Shown: positions 29,001 through 38,083, counted from the first letter of the stretch. The stretch is 64,000 nt of DNA from Hyalangium minutum (GCF_000737315.1 NZ_JMCB01000030.1:14558-78557); one strand, 5' to 3'. A program made the numbers and translations. The notes: generated by a model from the letters alone, not told the origin.

Positions 29001-30094
29001 TGGGCTACCGGGGCTTCAGCTCCGAGGAGGTGGGCAACGTCCTGCGCCGCTCCATGGCGCTGCTGGAGGAGCAGGGCGACAGCCCGAGCGCCTTCCCCAC
29101 GCTGCACTCGCTCTGGGGCTACCACGAGATGCTCGGCGAACACGCCCAGGCCAAGGAGATTGGCCGCCGGTGCCTGGAGCTGGCGCGCCGCAACAAGGAC
29201 GAGGGCCAGCAGATCTGCGCGCTCATCCAGTTGGGTCACGGCCTCTGGTTCGATGGCCGCTTCGAGGAGGCCCAGGTGCACTTCGAGGAGGTGCTCGCGC
29301 TCTACGAGCCGTCCAAGCACGGAGGCAATGCGTACATCTACGCCGTGGACAGCCGCGCCCATGCCACCGGCATGCTGGCCCTGACGCACTGGTATCTGGG
29401 GTTCACGGACCTGGCATTGAAGCGGGCGCGCGAGGCGCTGGAGTTCGCCCGGCTCATCCAGCACTCCAACACCCTGGCCATGGCCACCTACTACCTGACG
29501 CTGCTGCACCAGCTTCGCGGCGAGCGGGAGGAGGTGCTCCGGCTGAGCACGGAGCTGCTGGAGATCTCCGTGGCCCAGGGGCTCCCCATGTGGAAGGGCC
29601 TCGCCCTGCTGCTCAACAGCTGGGCCAAGCGCCAGGCCACGGAGGCCGAGCAGATTCTGGCCGTGATGGAGTCCGTCCGCGTCTACCAGACGCTGCCGTA
29701 CCAGCTCGGCCGCGTCGCGGAGACGGAGGCGGAGGTGGGCGCGGTAGACAAGGCCCTCCAGCGCGTGGAGCGCGCTCTGCAGTTGGCCACCTCGAAGGAG
29801 GAGCTGTACGCGCTCCCCGAGCTGTACCGCCTCCGAGGAGAGCTGCTCCTGCGCAGTACCCCGTCCGCCACGGAAGAGGCAGCCGTCTCCTATCAGAAGG
29901 CCATCGAGATGGCGCAGGAGCAACGGGCGCGGGTGGTGGAGTTCCGCGCCCGGCTGGCCCTCGCACGCCTCAAGCCCGAGCAGCTCCGGGAGCCGGGCTT
30001 CCGCGCCGCGCTCGCCGGGCTGCAAGACACGCTCACGCCTCTGGGCCAGGTGCCCGAGCGCGAGGAGACAGGCCGCCTCCTCGCCCAGGCCTGA
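26015..30094 (+). CDS. TOMM-system kinase/cyclase fusion: Ser/Thr kinase + degenerate class III cyclase + AAA/STAND ATPase + TPR-like region
   Basis: GEGGFG, AVK, HRDLKPQN, DFG, APE; RIGLHVG; GEAGIGKS; VEDLHWAD; FKHALIQD. Confidence 0.9.
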   Translation: MENAPPSIHPLTPLQERYTLQAKLGEGGFGTIHEATQITTGQRVAVKFLRLRPDDANTSVEKQAARFRRETSLCAKLYHPHIVRLIDAGLSAENQLYSVFEFVPGKNLAQVLKEEGPLAPREVHRLMSQVLDALGCAHKENVVHRDLKPQNIMVTGTGVRRNAVVLDFGLGTLVEDSLSAQDTRLTGTMEWMGTPSYAAPEQLRKDATTAAADLYAWGLIFIECLTGVRIMQGATMAEVLYKQLGPEPVPLPPSLRNHPLGQLLRRVTEKNSPEQRGTAAELLSQLEEMDLSGLLSAPALPEAVLLPSTTPRTGEGQALTPTAVGSALTLTTNVPPQWMLAGGERRQVVALCCGLVLSHPDPARVDFEDLELPLRASQELLGAIAARYHGHIMSVLGQQVLMYFGYPSTRVDDARRAAAAAMAILEGIDTLNSQRKEPLRCSARIGLHVGQLVVSKEAAAQPWREFGVTASVAAQLGERAEPGTILVGESAYPLLRDHFTLESQGQVPTGFLQQPMELFSLKGPRVATDEAPSMRGSIVMVSRDHELGLLLERWRQVDEGSGQVALVRGEAGIGKSRLCHELRRKLQGREHQFFECRCSPEARNSPLFPVIEPLKQLLGYNEGDSPAQRLARMEEALSRYPLELKEAVPLVASLFALPVEDRYPTPQMTPLKLKELTLRLLVTLFYEMAEQCPLLLFVEDLHWADPTLLELLGALLAECATSPVYLLLTSRPEFSTPWPNAPILQIQLGRLEREATEQLIRALTEANPLPPSMLEQIVQRTEGVPLFVEELTRMVAETRPSSPQSGLAIPSTLRGSLLTRLDLLGSPKVTAQIASALGREFQYDVLCAISPRDEAELKEDLEQLLRADLIYTRRRARSRTYIFKHALIQDIAYDSLPKATRRHLHARIAETLQARFPELAETRPELLAHHFAAADQLLQALEYGRKAAVMALQRSANEESAQHTTQALGWLQTVENPSERRETELGLNGLLLTALMGYRGFSSEEVGNVLRRSMALLEEQGDSPSAFPTLHSLWGYHEMLGEHAQAKEIGRRCLELARRNKDEGQQICALIQLGHGLWFDGRFEEAQVHFEEVLALYEPSKHGGNAYIYAVDSRAHATGMLALTHWYLGFTDLALKRAREALEFARLIQHSNTLAMATYYLTLLHQLRGEREEVLRLSTELLEISVAQGLPMWKGLALLLNSWAKRQATEAEQILAVMESVRVYQTLPYQLGRVAETEAEVGAVDKALQRVERALQLATSKEELYALPELYRLRGELLLRSTPSATEEAAVSYQKAIEMAQEQRARVVEFRARLALARLKPEQLREPGFRAALAGLQDTLTPLGQVPEREETGRLLAQA

Positions 30095-30103
30095 GGGGCC
30101 TCG

Positions 30104-31678
30104 CTACGGCATGGGAACGCTCTGAGGGAAGTGGAAGAAGTCCTTCGGATCGTAGTGGCGCCGGATCTTCTCCAGCTTGTCCAGGTTGCTGCTCCAGTAG
30201 CGCTGGGCGTAGTCCGGCGTCTCCGGATACGGGTAGTTCTGGTACGACTGGCCATTGAGCAGGGGCTTCGCCGGCTGGACGAAGCCGGTCAGCCACTTCT
30301 GGGCCTCCGCCCGCTGCGACTCCTCCAGCCACATCGAGATCCAGCTGAAGTCCATGTACACGTCGCGGTGGACGAACGCGGTGTCGTGCGGCGGGACGCG
30401 GTTGATGGCGCCGCCGTAAGGCTCGATGAGGATGAAGGTCAGACTCATGTTCTGCTCTTCATTCCCGTTCTTGACGCGGAACACCGGTGACGTCTTGAAG
30501 TACTCGATGGCACTGGCCCACTCGTCCCGGCGGAGCTTCCGGCCGACGTAGCCCGCCATCTGGTTGGCCAGGTACGGGGAGTTGGGAGGCAGCTCCGGGA
30601 TGTCCGCCACGAGCGAGTCGTTCAGGTACCGGTACGTCCCCCGCTTGGAGATGGCGAGATGCCCCGTCTTCAGCAAGGGGGCCAGCTCCTTGCGGCCCTC
30701 GGACTCCTCGCCGTGGTACATGCCGCGCATCACCAGCACCTGCTTGGGGGGCCGGCCGTGCTTCCCGGGCTGCGACATCACCACGGCCAGGTAGCCCAAG
30801 CGGTCCGACGCGCCCTCCTTCGTGTAGTGCTCCTGGAGTTGCTGGAGGGCCTCGGGGGCCTGGTCGATGCTCCACTGGATGCCAAAGCCCCAGACCTCCC
30901 GGAGATGATAGAGCTCGTATTCCAGCTCCAGCAGGACACCGAAGTTGTTGCCCGTCCCGCCCCGGAGCGCCCAGAAGAGCTCGGTGTGCTCCTTGGCGCT
31001 GGCGTGCACGATGCGGCCGTCCGCCAGCATCACCGTCGCCCCGCGCAGGGCATCGCAGTTCATCCCGTACTCGCGCGAGGTGAAGCCGTAGCCACCGCCC
31101 ATCATATGTCCAGCCACCGCCACATCGCCGCAGCCCCCCCCGGGCACGTGCAGCCCGTACCCGTCGAGGACCGCGTTCAACAGATCGAGCGGCGTCCCCG
31201 CTCCGACGCGAGCGCGCTTCTGGCCCTCGTCGACGACGCAGTAGCGGATCTGGCTCACGTCGATGATCATCCCGCCGTTGTTGGCCGAATACCCCGCCGT
31301 GCTGTGGCCCCCAGAGCGGCAGGTGACTCGGAGCGAGTGCTGGTGCGCGAACTCCAGGCACCGCCGCACGTCGTCCGCGCACTCGCAGTAGACGATGAGC
31401 TGGGGATACTTCTGGAACGCCTGATTGAAGAGCTGCCGGGCCGTCTCGTAGTCCGGGTCATAGGGCGTGACGACCTTGCCCAACAGGGGCCGCTCTGGAT
31501 CTCCCAAGGTGGCCAGTTGCTCGGGAGTGAGGCTCTCCCACAGCGGGGGCTTCTCTGGCATCTGGAACAGGGCCGAGGCCTCGCGGGCCAGGGTGTTCAT
31601 GCCCGGCTTCCCGGTGGCCTGGCTCCATCTCTGAATGCGCTCGTACTGCGCCACTGCCCTCTTGGTGCGCGCGAACAT
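30104..31678 (-). CDS. BBE-like FAD-linked oxidoreductase
   Basis: RSGGHS, PGGGCGDVAVAG, ALRGGTGNNFG, C-terminal YQNYP...YDPKDFF; GAGGAG RBS before ATG 31678. Confidence 0.88.
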   Translation of the reverse strand: MFARTKRAVAQYERIQRWSQATGKPGMNTLAREASALFQMPEKPPLWESLTPEQLATLGDPERPLLGKVVTPYDPDYETARQLFNQAFQKYPQLIVYCECADDVRRCLEFAHQHSLRVTCRSGGHSTAGYSANNGGMIIDVSQIRYCVVDEGQKRARVGAGTPLDLLNAVLDGYGLHVPGGGCGDVAVAGHMMGGGYGFTSREYGMNCDALRGATVMLADGRIVHASAKEHTELFWALRGGTGNNFGVLLELEYELYHLREVWGFGIQWSIDQAPEALQQLQEHYTKEGASDRLGYLAVVMSQPGKHGRPPKQVLVMRGMYHGEESEGRKELAPLLKTGHLAISKRGTYRYLNDSLVADIPELPPNSPYLANQMAGYVGRKLRRDEWASAIEYFKTSPVFRVKNGNEEQNMSLTFILIEPYGGAINRVPPHDTAFVHRDVYMDFSWISMWLEESQRAEAQKWLTGFVQPAKPLLNGQSYQNYPYPETPDYAQRYWSSNLDKLEKIRRHYDPKDFFHFPQSVPMP

Positions 31679-31743
31679 CCGGTCTCTCCTCGGTGAACCT
31701 ACCCGCCACATTCTACGGTGAGGTAGGGTCCATCCGACCGCCC

Positions 31744-33930
31744 ATGCGCCCTTCCCTTGAGGCCATCCTGCGTTGGAGCCCTGATCTGCAGGTAGAGCCT
31801 GCGGCTTCGGGAGGAGCTCTCCTGCTGAGCGAGCAGGCGTGGTTCCCGCTCGTCGAGAGCCCCTACGAGGAACTGGCGGCACTGGTGGATGGCCAGCGCA
31901 CGGTCCAGGAGATCCTGGAGGCCGCCGCTCCCGCGCTCACGCCTCACGAGGTCTTCTTCGCGCTGCGCGACTTGCTGGAGCAGGGCTACCTCGTGGAGCT
32001 GCCGCCCGGGAGCGAGTCCCCACTGGTGGGATTCTGGTCCGCGATGGGCGCTGAGCCTGGCTCCGCCTCGGAGCGGGTGGCCTCTACACCCGTCTCGGTG
32101 GCGGGTGGCGGCGAGCCCGTGGCCACCCTGCTCGCGGAGGCACTGCGTGGGGCCGGACTGGACGTGCGCCCCGATGCCGCACTGCGCGTGGTTGCCACCG
32201 ACGACTACCTGTCTCCCGAGCTCGAGGCTTTCAGTGAGCGGGCCCGGGCCGAGGGCGTGACGTGGCTGCCGGTGAAGCCCGGTGGCCGCAGGGGCTGGTT
32301 CGGCCCGCTGGTCCGTCCATCGCAGGGCCCGTGCTGGCACTGTCTGACGGAGCGGCTGAGGATGAACCGCGCCGCCGAGCAGGTGGCGGGCGTCTCACGG
32401 CGTCCCTTACCCTCTCCTCCCGCCGCCGTGAGCGCCTGTCTCCAGGTGGCAGCCGTGCAGCTCGCCCGGTGGATTGCCTCCGGTCCCGAGTCAGATGCGC
32501 TGGACCCGCTCATCACGCTGGATCACCGGACGCTGGAGGTGAAACGGCACCCCGTCACCCGCCTCCCCCACTGTGCCCGCTGCGGGCAGCCCGCTCAGGC
32601 CCCTGCGCGCGCAGGGGCGCCCCTCGTGCTGTCTCCGCGGCCCAAGCGCTTCACCCGGGAGGGTGGACACCGGATCTGCTCCCCGGAGGAGACCTCTCAA
32701 CGGCTGGCCTCGCAGCTCAGTCCCCTCACCGGCATCATCTCTGGGGTGAATCCCGTGCCTCGGAGCGAGCCAGCGCCGTGGACCACGTTCGCCGCGCACT
32801 ACTCCGTGCCGGTCCGCCCGGGGGACACCCTGCGCTCGCTCCAGCGCCGCTTCAGCAGCGGCAAGGGCGTCACCGAGGCTCAGGCCCAGGTGAGCGCCCT
32901 GTGCGAGGCCATCGAGCGGCACCACTGCTTCCTCCATGGGGACGAGCCCCGGGTGCATGCCCGCGCGCACGAGCTGGATGCTCCGCACGTGCCGCCGCAC
33001 GAGCTGCTGCACTTCAGCGAGGCCCAGTACCGGAATCGGGCCTCCTGGAACGAGCAGGTGTACGATCCCCGCCAGCGCATCCCCGCGCCCGTGTCCTTGG
33101 ACGCCCCGCTGGACTGGACCCCTGCGTGGTCGCTCACGCATCAGGCGCGCCGCTACCTCCCCACCGCGCTCTGCTACGAGGTGCCGCCCCCAGCGGGAGA
33201 GCCCTTCTGCTTCCACAACTACCATGGGCACGCCGCGGGCAACGTCCTGGAGGAGGCCATCCTCCAAGGCTTCCTGGAGCTGGTGGAGCGGGATGCCATC
33301 GCGCTGTGGTGGTACCCCCGTGTCCCGCGCCCCCAAGTGGCCCTGGAGCGCTTCGAGAGCCCGTGGATCGGCTCGATTCAGCAGTGGTACCGCGAGCGGG
33401 GGTGGAAACTGCAGGTCGTGGACATCACCACGGACCTGGGCATCCCCGTCTTCGCAGCCGCCGCGTACGCCCCGGCTCAGCAACAGCTCTACCTGGGCTT
33501 TGGCTGCCACCTGGAGGCGCCCCTGGGAGTGCAGCGAGCGCTGACCGAGCTGAACCAGATGCTCGACTGGGGACGGGCGAGCGGGGATGACGGCTCGCAG
33601 CGCGTGGATCCGGAGGCGCTGGAGTTCCTCCTGGGTGAGAGCGCGCTCCCCGCCAAGGGCCCCTCGGACTACACGGCCCAGGCGTCGGGAGATCTGCGCG
33701 AGGACATCCTCACGTGTGTGGAGCGGACGCGGGCCCTCGGGATGGACTTCCTGGTGGTGGACCAGACCCGCCCCGAGGTCGACTTCCCGGTCGTCAAAGT
33801 GGTCGTCCCCCCGCTGCGGCACCACTGGCCTCGCTTCGGCCCCGGCCGGCTGTACGACGTGCCCGTGAAGCTCGGGTGGCGGAGTGCCCCCGTGGAAGAG
33901 GCCGCGCTCAACCCCTTCTTCCCTTTTTGA
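31744..33930 (+). CDS. ycaO: Fused leader-binding/E1-like + YcaO cyclodehydratase
   Basis: GPCWHCL, CARCG, SGKG...ALCEAIER, EEAILQGFLELVERDA, RALTELNQ, C-terminal LNPFFPF; start may be GTG 31693. Confidence 0.9.
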   Translation: MRPSLEAILRWSPDLQVEPAASGGALLLSEQAWFPLVESPYEELAALVDGQRTVQEILEAAAPALTPHEVFFALRDLLEQGYLVELPPGSESPLVGFWSAMGAEPGSASERVASTPVSVAGGGEPVATLLAEALRGAGLDVRPDAALRVVATDDYLSPELEAFSERARAEGVTWLPVKPGGRRGWFGPLVRPSQGPCWHCLTERLRMNRAAEQVAGVSRRPLPSPPAAVSACLQVAAVQLARWIASGPESDALDPLITLDHRTLEVKRHPVTRLPHCARCGQPAQAPARAGAPLVLSPRPKRFTREGGHRICSPEETSQRLASQLSPLTGIISGVNPVPRSEPAPWTTFAAHYSVPVRPGDTLRSLQRRFSSGKGVTEAQAQVSALCEAIERHHCFLHGDEPRVHARAHELDAPHVPPHELLHFSEAQYRNRASWNEQVYDPRQRIPAPVSLDAPLDWTPAWSLTHQARRYLPTALCYEVPPPAGEPFCFHNYHGHAAGNVLEEAILQGFLELVERDAIALWWYPRVPRPQVALERFESPWIGSIQQWYRERGWKLQVVDITTDLGIPVFAAAAYAPAQQQLYLGFGCHLEAPLGVQRALTELNQMLDWGRASGDDGSQRVDPEALEFLLGESALPAKGPSDYTAQASGDLREDILTCVERTRALGMDFLVVDQTRPEVDFPVVKVVVPPLRHHWPRFGPGRLYDVPVKLGWRSAPVEEAALNPFFPF

Positions 33931-33971
33931 CAGCTCCCCTCGCGGATTTCCCGGCGTAGGGTGGCGAGGCC

Positions 33972-35132
33972 ATGCGCAACGGGATGCGAGTCATCGACGC
34001 GGATCGCCACGTCTTCGAGCCGCTGGAGATGTGGCGCACCTACCTGGATCCCCGCTTCCGGGACGATGCCCCCGTCGCCGTGCCTCGCCCCATCCACGAG
34101 CCGCTGGCGGAACGTGTGAGCAGGCTCGGCGCCCGGGGCCTCACCTATCAGCCCGTCGACATCCTGGTGCGCGGCCAGCCCATCCAGCGCCCCCTCTCCG
34201 AGCGCGCGGAGCTGGCGCTGCTCGATGCCGAGGAGCGCGCGGACGCGGACCTGGACACCTCCACCCCCGAGGCCCACCTGGCGCACATGGATGGCTGCGG
34301 CGTGGATCTGGCCTTCTGTTACCCCTCCACTGCCCTGTACATCGTCGGGATGGAGACGCTCGAGCCGGAGCTCGCGCACGCCCTGGTCACCGCCTACAAC
34401 CGGTGGCTGCACGACTTCTGCAGCGCGGCCCCCGAGCGGCTCCAAGGCGTCGGGCTGGTGGCGCCCCACGCGCCGAAGGCCATGGTGGAGACGCTCGATC
34501 AGATCTCCTCCTATGGCTGGCGCGCCGTGGTGCTCCGGCCCAACCTGCTCCAGGGCCGCTCGCTGAGCCACCCGGACTTCGAGGCCTTCTGGGCCGCCTG
34601 TGCCGAGCGCTCGCTCGCGGTGGCCCTCCACGAGGGTGCCCATGCGCTGCGCCCCACCGCAGGAGCCGACCGCTACACCACGCGCTTCGGCCAGCATGCG
34701 TGCTCCCACCCCATGGAGCAGATGATGGGGATGCTGGACCTCATCGAGGGCGGCATCCTGGAGCGCCACCCCCACCTGCGTGTGGGCTTCTTCGAGGCGG
34801 GCTGCGGCTGGGTCCCCCCCTGGCTCTGGCGCCTGGACGAAGTCGAATACAAGCACCTGGCCTCTGAAGTCGCCGAGCGGGTGAAGCGGAAGCCCTCGGA
34901 CTACGTGCGCCGCCAGTGCTTCGTCACCCTGGAGCCGGGCGAGCCGGGGATCAGCGAGGCCTTGAGCTGGATGGGAGCGGACCGGCTGCTGTTCGGCACC
35001 GACTTTCCCCACGCCGATCACGACGGCTCCATCGTGGACGAGGTGCTGCGGCTGGAGCAGCGGCTGCCTCCCGGGGTGCTCGCGGGAATCCTCGGGGCCA
35101 ATGCCGAGGCCTTCTATGGCCTGAGCCGGTGA
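33972..35132 (+). CDS. Amidohydrolase_2 family protein
   Basis: IDADRH, LHEG, FFEAG, FGTDFPHAD. Confidence 0.85.
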   Translation: MRNGMRVIDADRHVFEPLEMWRTYLDPRFRDDAPVAVPRPIHEPLAERVSRLGARGLTYQPVDILVRGQPIQRPLSERAELALLDAEERADADLDTSTPEAHLAHMDGCGVDLAFCYPSTALYIVGMETLEPELAHALVTAYNRWLHDFCSAAPERLQGVGLVAPHAPKAMVETLDQISSYGWRAVVLRPNLLQGRSLSHPDFEAFWAACAERSLAVALHEGAHALRPTAGADRYTTRFGQHACSHPMEQMMGMLDLIEGGILERHPHLRVGFFEAGCGWVPPWLWRLDEVEYKHLASEVAERVKRKPSDYVRRQCFVTLEPGEPGISEALSWMGADRLLFGTDFPHADHDGSIVDEVLRLEQRLPPGVLAGILGANAEAFYGLSR

Positions 35133-35159
35133 GCCGAGGCAGGGCCCTTCGAAAAGCGA

Positions 35160-35188
35160 AACGGCTCGGCGGAGTCCGCCGAGCCGTT
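35160..35188. terminator. Long perfect hairpin between convergent genes
   Basis: AACGGCTCGGCGGA-G-TCCGCCGAGCCGTT. Confidence 0.7.
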
Positions 35189-35229
35189 CACAGGCAACCG
35201 TAGATGTTCAGTTGCCCGCGGAGACCGCG

Positions 35230-35388
35230 CTAGGCAGTCGGGGCAGGAGCCGCCGCCGCCTTCTTGCGGCTGGAGGTCTTGCGGGCGGCAGTCTTGCGCG
35301 CCCCGCCCTTCTTCGCCGTCGCCGTCTTCTTCTTCGGCGCAGCAGCCTTCTTGGTGGTCTTCTTCGCGGTCTTCTTCTTCGCGGCCAT
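35230..35388 (-). CDS. 52-aa Lys/Ala-rich histone H1-like basic protein
   Basis: MAAKKKTAKKTTKKAAAPKKK...; GGAGG RBS; own promoter and terminator. Confidence 0.8.
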   Translation of the reverse strand: MAAKKKTAKKTTKKAAAPKKKTATAKKGGARKTAARKTSSRKKAAAAPAPTA

Positions 35389-35474
35389 GCAAACCCTCCG
35401 TTGAGTTGGGTGCCCACACCCAATGGGGGTGGGGCCCTGCACTCCGACACACTGTGGCTGAGTGCTTGTGGTGA

Positions 35475-35503
35475 ATGGTAGAGGCGATAGGCGTGTGTGT
35501 CAA
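35475..35503 (-). promoter_or_regulatory. Near-consensus sigma70 promoter for the histone-like gene
   Basis: TTGACA-17 nt-TACCAT. Confidence 0.75.
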
Positions 35504-35605
35504 CGCATGGTGACGTATTGCACTGCGTGGCGGGGCCGAATTTTAGGCCTCCGCGCACTCCGCGGGCCGAAAACGGCGCCGCGCAGCAGCGAGCGAGCGT
35601 GCTCC

Positions 35606-35661
35606 GAGGCCGGTAAATCGGCTCCGGAAGCGATCCGCGCGGAGGCCGGTAAATCGGCCTC
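35606..35661. repeat. Two copies of quasi-palindromic GAGGCCGGTAAATCGGC (REP-like)
   Basis: Identical 17-mers at 35606 and 35642; second extends to a perfect hairpin GAGGCCG-GTAAAT-CGGCCTC. Confidence 0.7.
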
Positions 35662-35768
35662 GGACGCGACAAGTCGCGGGTACGAGGCAAGTGTCCGCTG
35701 GCCCGCAGAGCAGGCAGGGAACACCGCGCTTCCGCCCGTAGGTGCCGGCATCTAGGGTGCCGCCCGCG

Positions 35769-37091
35769 ATGAGTGCCGACGAGAGGACGTTTCCCGAGGG
35801 CTTCACCTTCGGAGTCGCCACCTCCGCCTACCAGGTGGAGGGTGGCATCGAGAACGACTGGGCCGAGTGGGAGCGCGCCGGGAAGCTGAAGGACCCGCAC
35901 ATGCGCTGCGGGCGCGCGGTGGACCACTGGAACCGTTACGAAGAGGACTATGGGCTCGCCCTGCAGGCCGGGGCCTCGGCCTTCCGCGTGTCGCTGGAGT
36001 GGGCGCGCATCGAGCCGGAGCGCGGCCGGTATGACGGCGCGGCGCTCGAGGCCTACCGGGAGCGGCTGCTGCGGATGAAGGCGCGCGGCCTGCGGCCCGT
36101 GGTGACGCTGCACCACTTCACCCACCCCACGTGGTTCCACCGCGAGACGCCCTGGCACACGCCGGCCAGTGTGGAGGCCTTCCGCGCCTACACCCGCGCG
36201 TGCGCGCCCGTCCTGAAGGGCCTGGATGCGCTGCTCATCACCCTCAACGAGCCCATGGTGGTGCTGCTGGGTGGCTATCTGCAGGGGCTGCTTCCTCCGG
36301 GCATCGCCGACGGCGAGAAGACGATGCGGGCGATGGAGAACATGGTGCGCGCACATGCGGCCGCGCGCCAGGAACTGACCGCCGTGCTCGGCAAGGTGGA
36401 GCTGGGCATCTCGCAGAACATGCTCTGCTTCGCGCCGGACCGGTGGTGGCACCCGCTGGACCGCGCGCTCGTGCGGCTCGGCGCCCACGCCTACAACCAC
36501 GCCTTCCACGAGGCGCTCGTCACCGGGAAGCTGCGCGTGACGATGCCCGGCGTGGCCTCCACCCGCGTGGACATCCCCGAGGCCAAGGACTCCTGCGAGT
36601 TCATCGGCGTGAACTACTACTCGCGCGCCCACCTGCGCTTCATGCCCCGCCCCCCGTTCATCGAGTTCAAGTTCCGGGACAAGCTCGGCCGGGGCCTCAC
36701 GGACATCGGCTGGGAGGACTACCCCGAGGGCTTCGGGCAGATCCTCTCCGAGGTGAAGCGCTACGGGCTCCCCGTCTGGGTGACGGAGAACGGCCTGGAT
36801 GACCGGAACGGGCTGCGGCGGCCTCACTACATCCACTCGCACCTGGCGCAGGTGCTGGACGCGCGCGCGCGGGGCGTGGACGTGCGCGGGTACCTCTACT
36901 GGAGCCTGCTGGACAACTTCGAGTGGCTGGAGGGCTGGGGCCCCCGCTTCGGGCTCTACCACGTGGACTTCGACACGCTGGAGCGCCGCCCCACCCCGGC
37001 CTGCGACTACTTCCGCACCGTGGCCCAGGGCCGGAAGCTCGTCGCCCCCAGCACGCCCGCGCCGTCCGCTCAGCCCAGCGCAGCCCGGTAG
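35769..37091 (+). CDS. Glycoside hydrolase family 1 beta-glucosidase
   Basis: FTFGVATSAYQVEG, TLNEP, VTENG, YWSLLDNFEW. Confidence 0.93.
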   Translation: MSADERTFPEGFTFGVATSAYQVEGGIENDWAEWERAGKLKDPHMRCGRAVDHWNRYEEDYGLALQAGASAFRVSLEWARIEPERGRYDGAALEAYRERLLRMKARGLRPVVTLHHFTHPTWFHRETPWHTPASVEAFRAYTRACAPVLKGLDALLITLNEPMVVLLGGYLQGLLPPGIADGEKTMRAMENMVRAHAAARQELTAVLGKVELGISQNMLCFAPDRWWHPLDRALVRLGAHAYNHAFHEALVTGKLRVTMPGVASTRVDIPEAKDSCEFIGVNYYSRAHLRFMPRPPFIEFKFRDKLGRGLTDIGWEDYPEGFGQILSEVKRYGLPVWVTENGLDDRNGLRRPHYIHSHLAQVLDARARGVDVRGYLYWSLLDNFEWLEGWGPRFGLYHVDFDTLERRPTPACDYFRTVAQGRKLVAPSTPAPSAQPSAAR

Positions 37092-38083
37092 TCCACGTCC
37101 TGCTCCTCCGAGGGGCCGGACGCATCCACCTGCGCGGCCACGAAGAAGCGGCGCACGGAGGCCTCCACCGCCTCGGGGGTGTCCAGCGCGTTCACCTCCG
37201 CACGGAAGGCCGCGGCGCCGTACAGCCCGTGCGCGTACCACGCCATGTGCCGCCGGAAGCTGCGCACCGCCCCGAGCGCATCGCCCACGAACTCCACGTG
37301 CCCCCGGAAGTGGGCCAGCACGCCCTCGCAGCGCTCCTCGGGCGTGGGGGGCTCGCCGCCTGTCAGCTCTCGGAAGATCCACGGGTTGCCCAGCGCCGCC
37401 CGGCCAATCATCACGAAGTCACAGCCCGTGGAGTCCAGCATCCGCTGCGCGTCCGCCGGCGTCTTCACGTCCCCGTTGCCGATGATGATGCGGTCCGGGA
37501 AGTGGCGCTTGAGGTCCGCGATGACACCCCAGTCCGCCTGCCCCGAGTAGCCCTGCTCGCGGGTGCGCGGGTGGATGGCCAGGGCCGCGCAGCCCGCGTC
37601 GAAGAGCTGGCCGGCCAGCTGGAGGTAGTTGCGGCTCTTGTGGTCCCAGCCCGAGCGAATCTTGCAGGTGACGGGCAGCCCCGAGGCCTCGCGGATGCGC
37701 CGGACAATCTCGGCGGCGCGCGGGGGCTCGCACAGGAGGGCACTGCCCGCGCCGTTCTTCGTCACCTTCTTCACCGGGCAGCCCATGTTGATGTCGATGA
37801 TCTGGGCGCCGTACTCCTTGCCCATCACCGACGCCCGGGCCATGGCCTCGGGGTCTCCGCCGAAGATTTGGAGCGAGTAGGGCCGCTCTACCTCGGCATC
37901 GAAGCGCAGGTACTTGAGCGTGCGCTGGTTGGCGTGCATGAGCCCCTGGGAGCTCACCAGCTCGGTGGGGCACAGGGCCGCGCCCATCTTGAAGGCGATG
38001 ACGCGGTAGGGCCGCTCGCTCACCCCCGCCATGGGCGCCAGGATGTAGGGGTTCGGAAGGGTGTAAGGGCCGATCTGCAGCAT
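37070..38083 (-). CDS. dusB: tRNA-dihydrouridine synthase B
   Basis: LAPMAGVS, DINMGCP, GSALL, KIRSG, IHPRT, NGDV, MIGRAALGNPW. Confidence 0.92.
   Translation of the reverse strand: MLQIGPYTLPNPYILAPMAGVSERPYRVIAFKMGAALCPTELVSSQGLMHANQRTLKYLRFDAEVERPYSLQIFGGDPEAMARASVMGKEYGAQIIDINMGCPVKKVTKNGAGSALLCEPPRAAEIVRRIREASGLPVTCKIRSGWDHKSRNYLQLAGQLFDAGCAALAIHPRTREQGYSGQADWGVIADLKRHFPDRIIIGNGDVKTPADAQRMLDSTGCDFVMIGRAALGNPWIFRELTGGEPPTPEERCEGVLAHFRGHVEFVGDALGAVRSFRRHMAWYAHGLYGAAAFRAEVNALDTPEAVEASVRRFFVAAQVDASGPSEEQDVDYRAALG

Noticed and set aside
25796-30025. 1409-aa minus-strand ORF
   Set aside because: Shadow of the kinase/cyclase fusion
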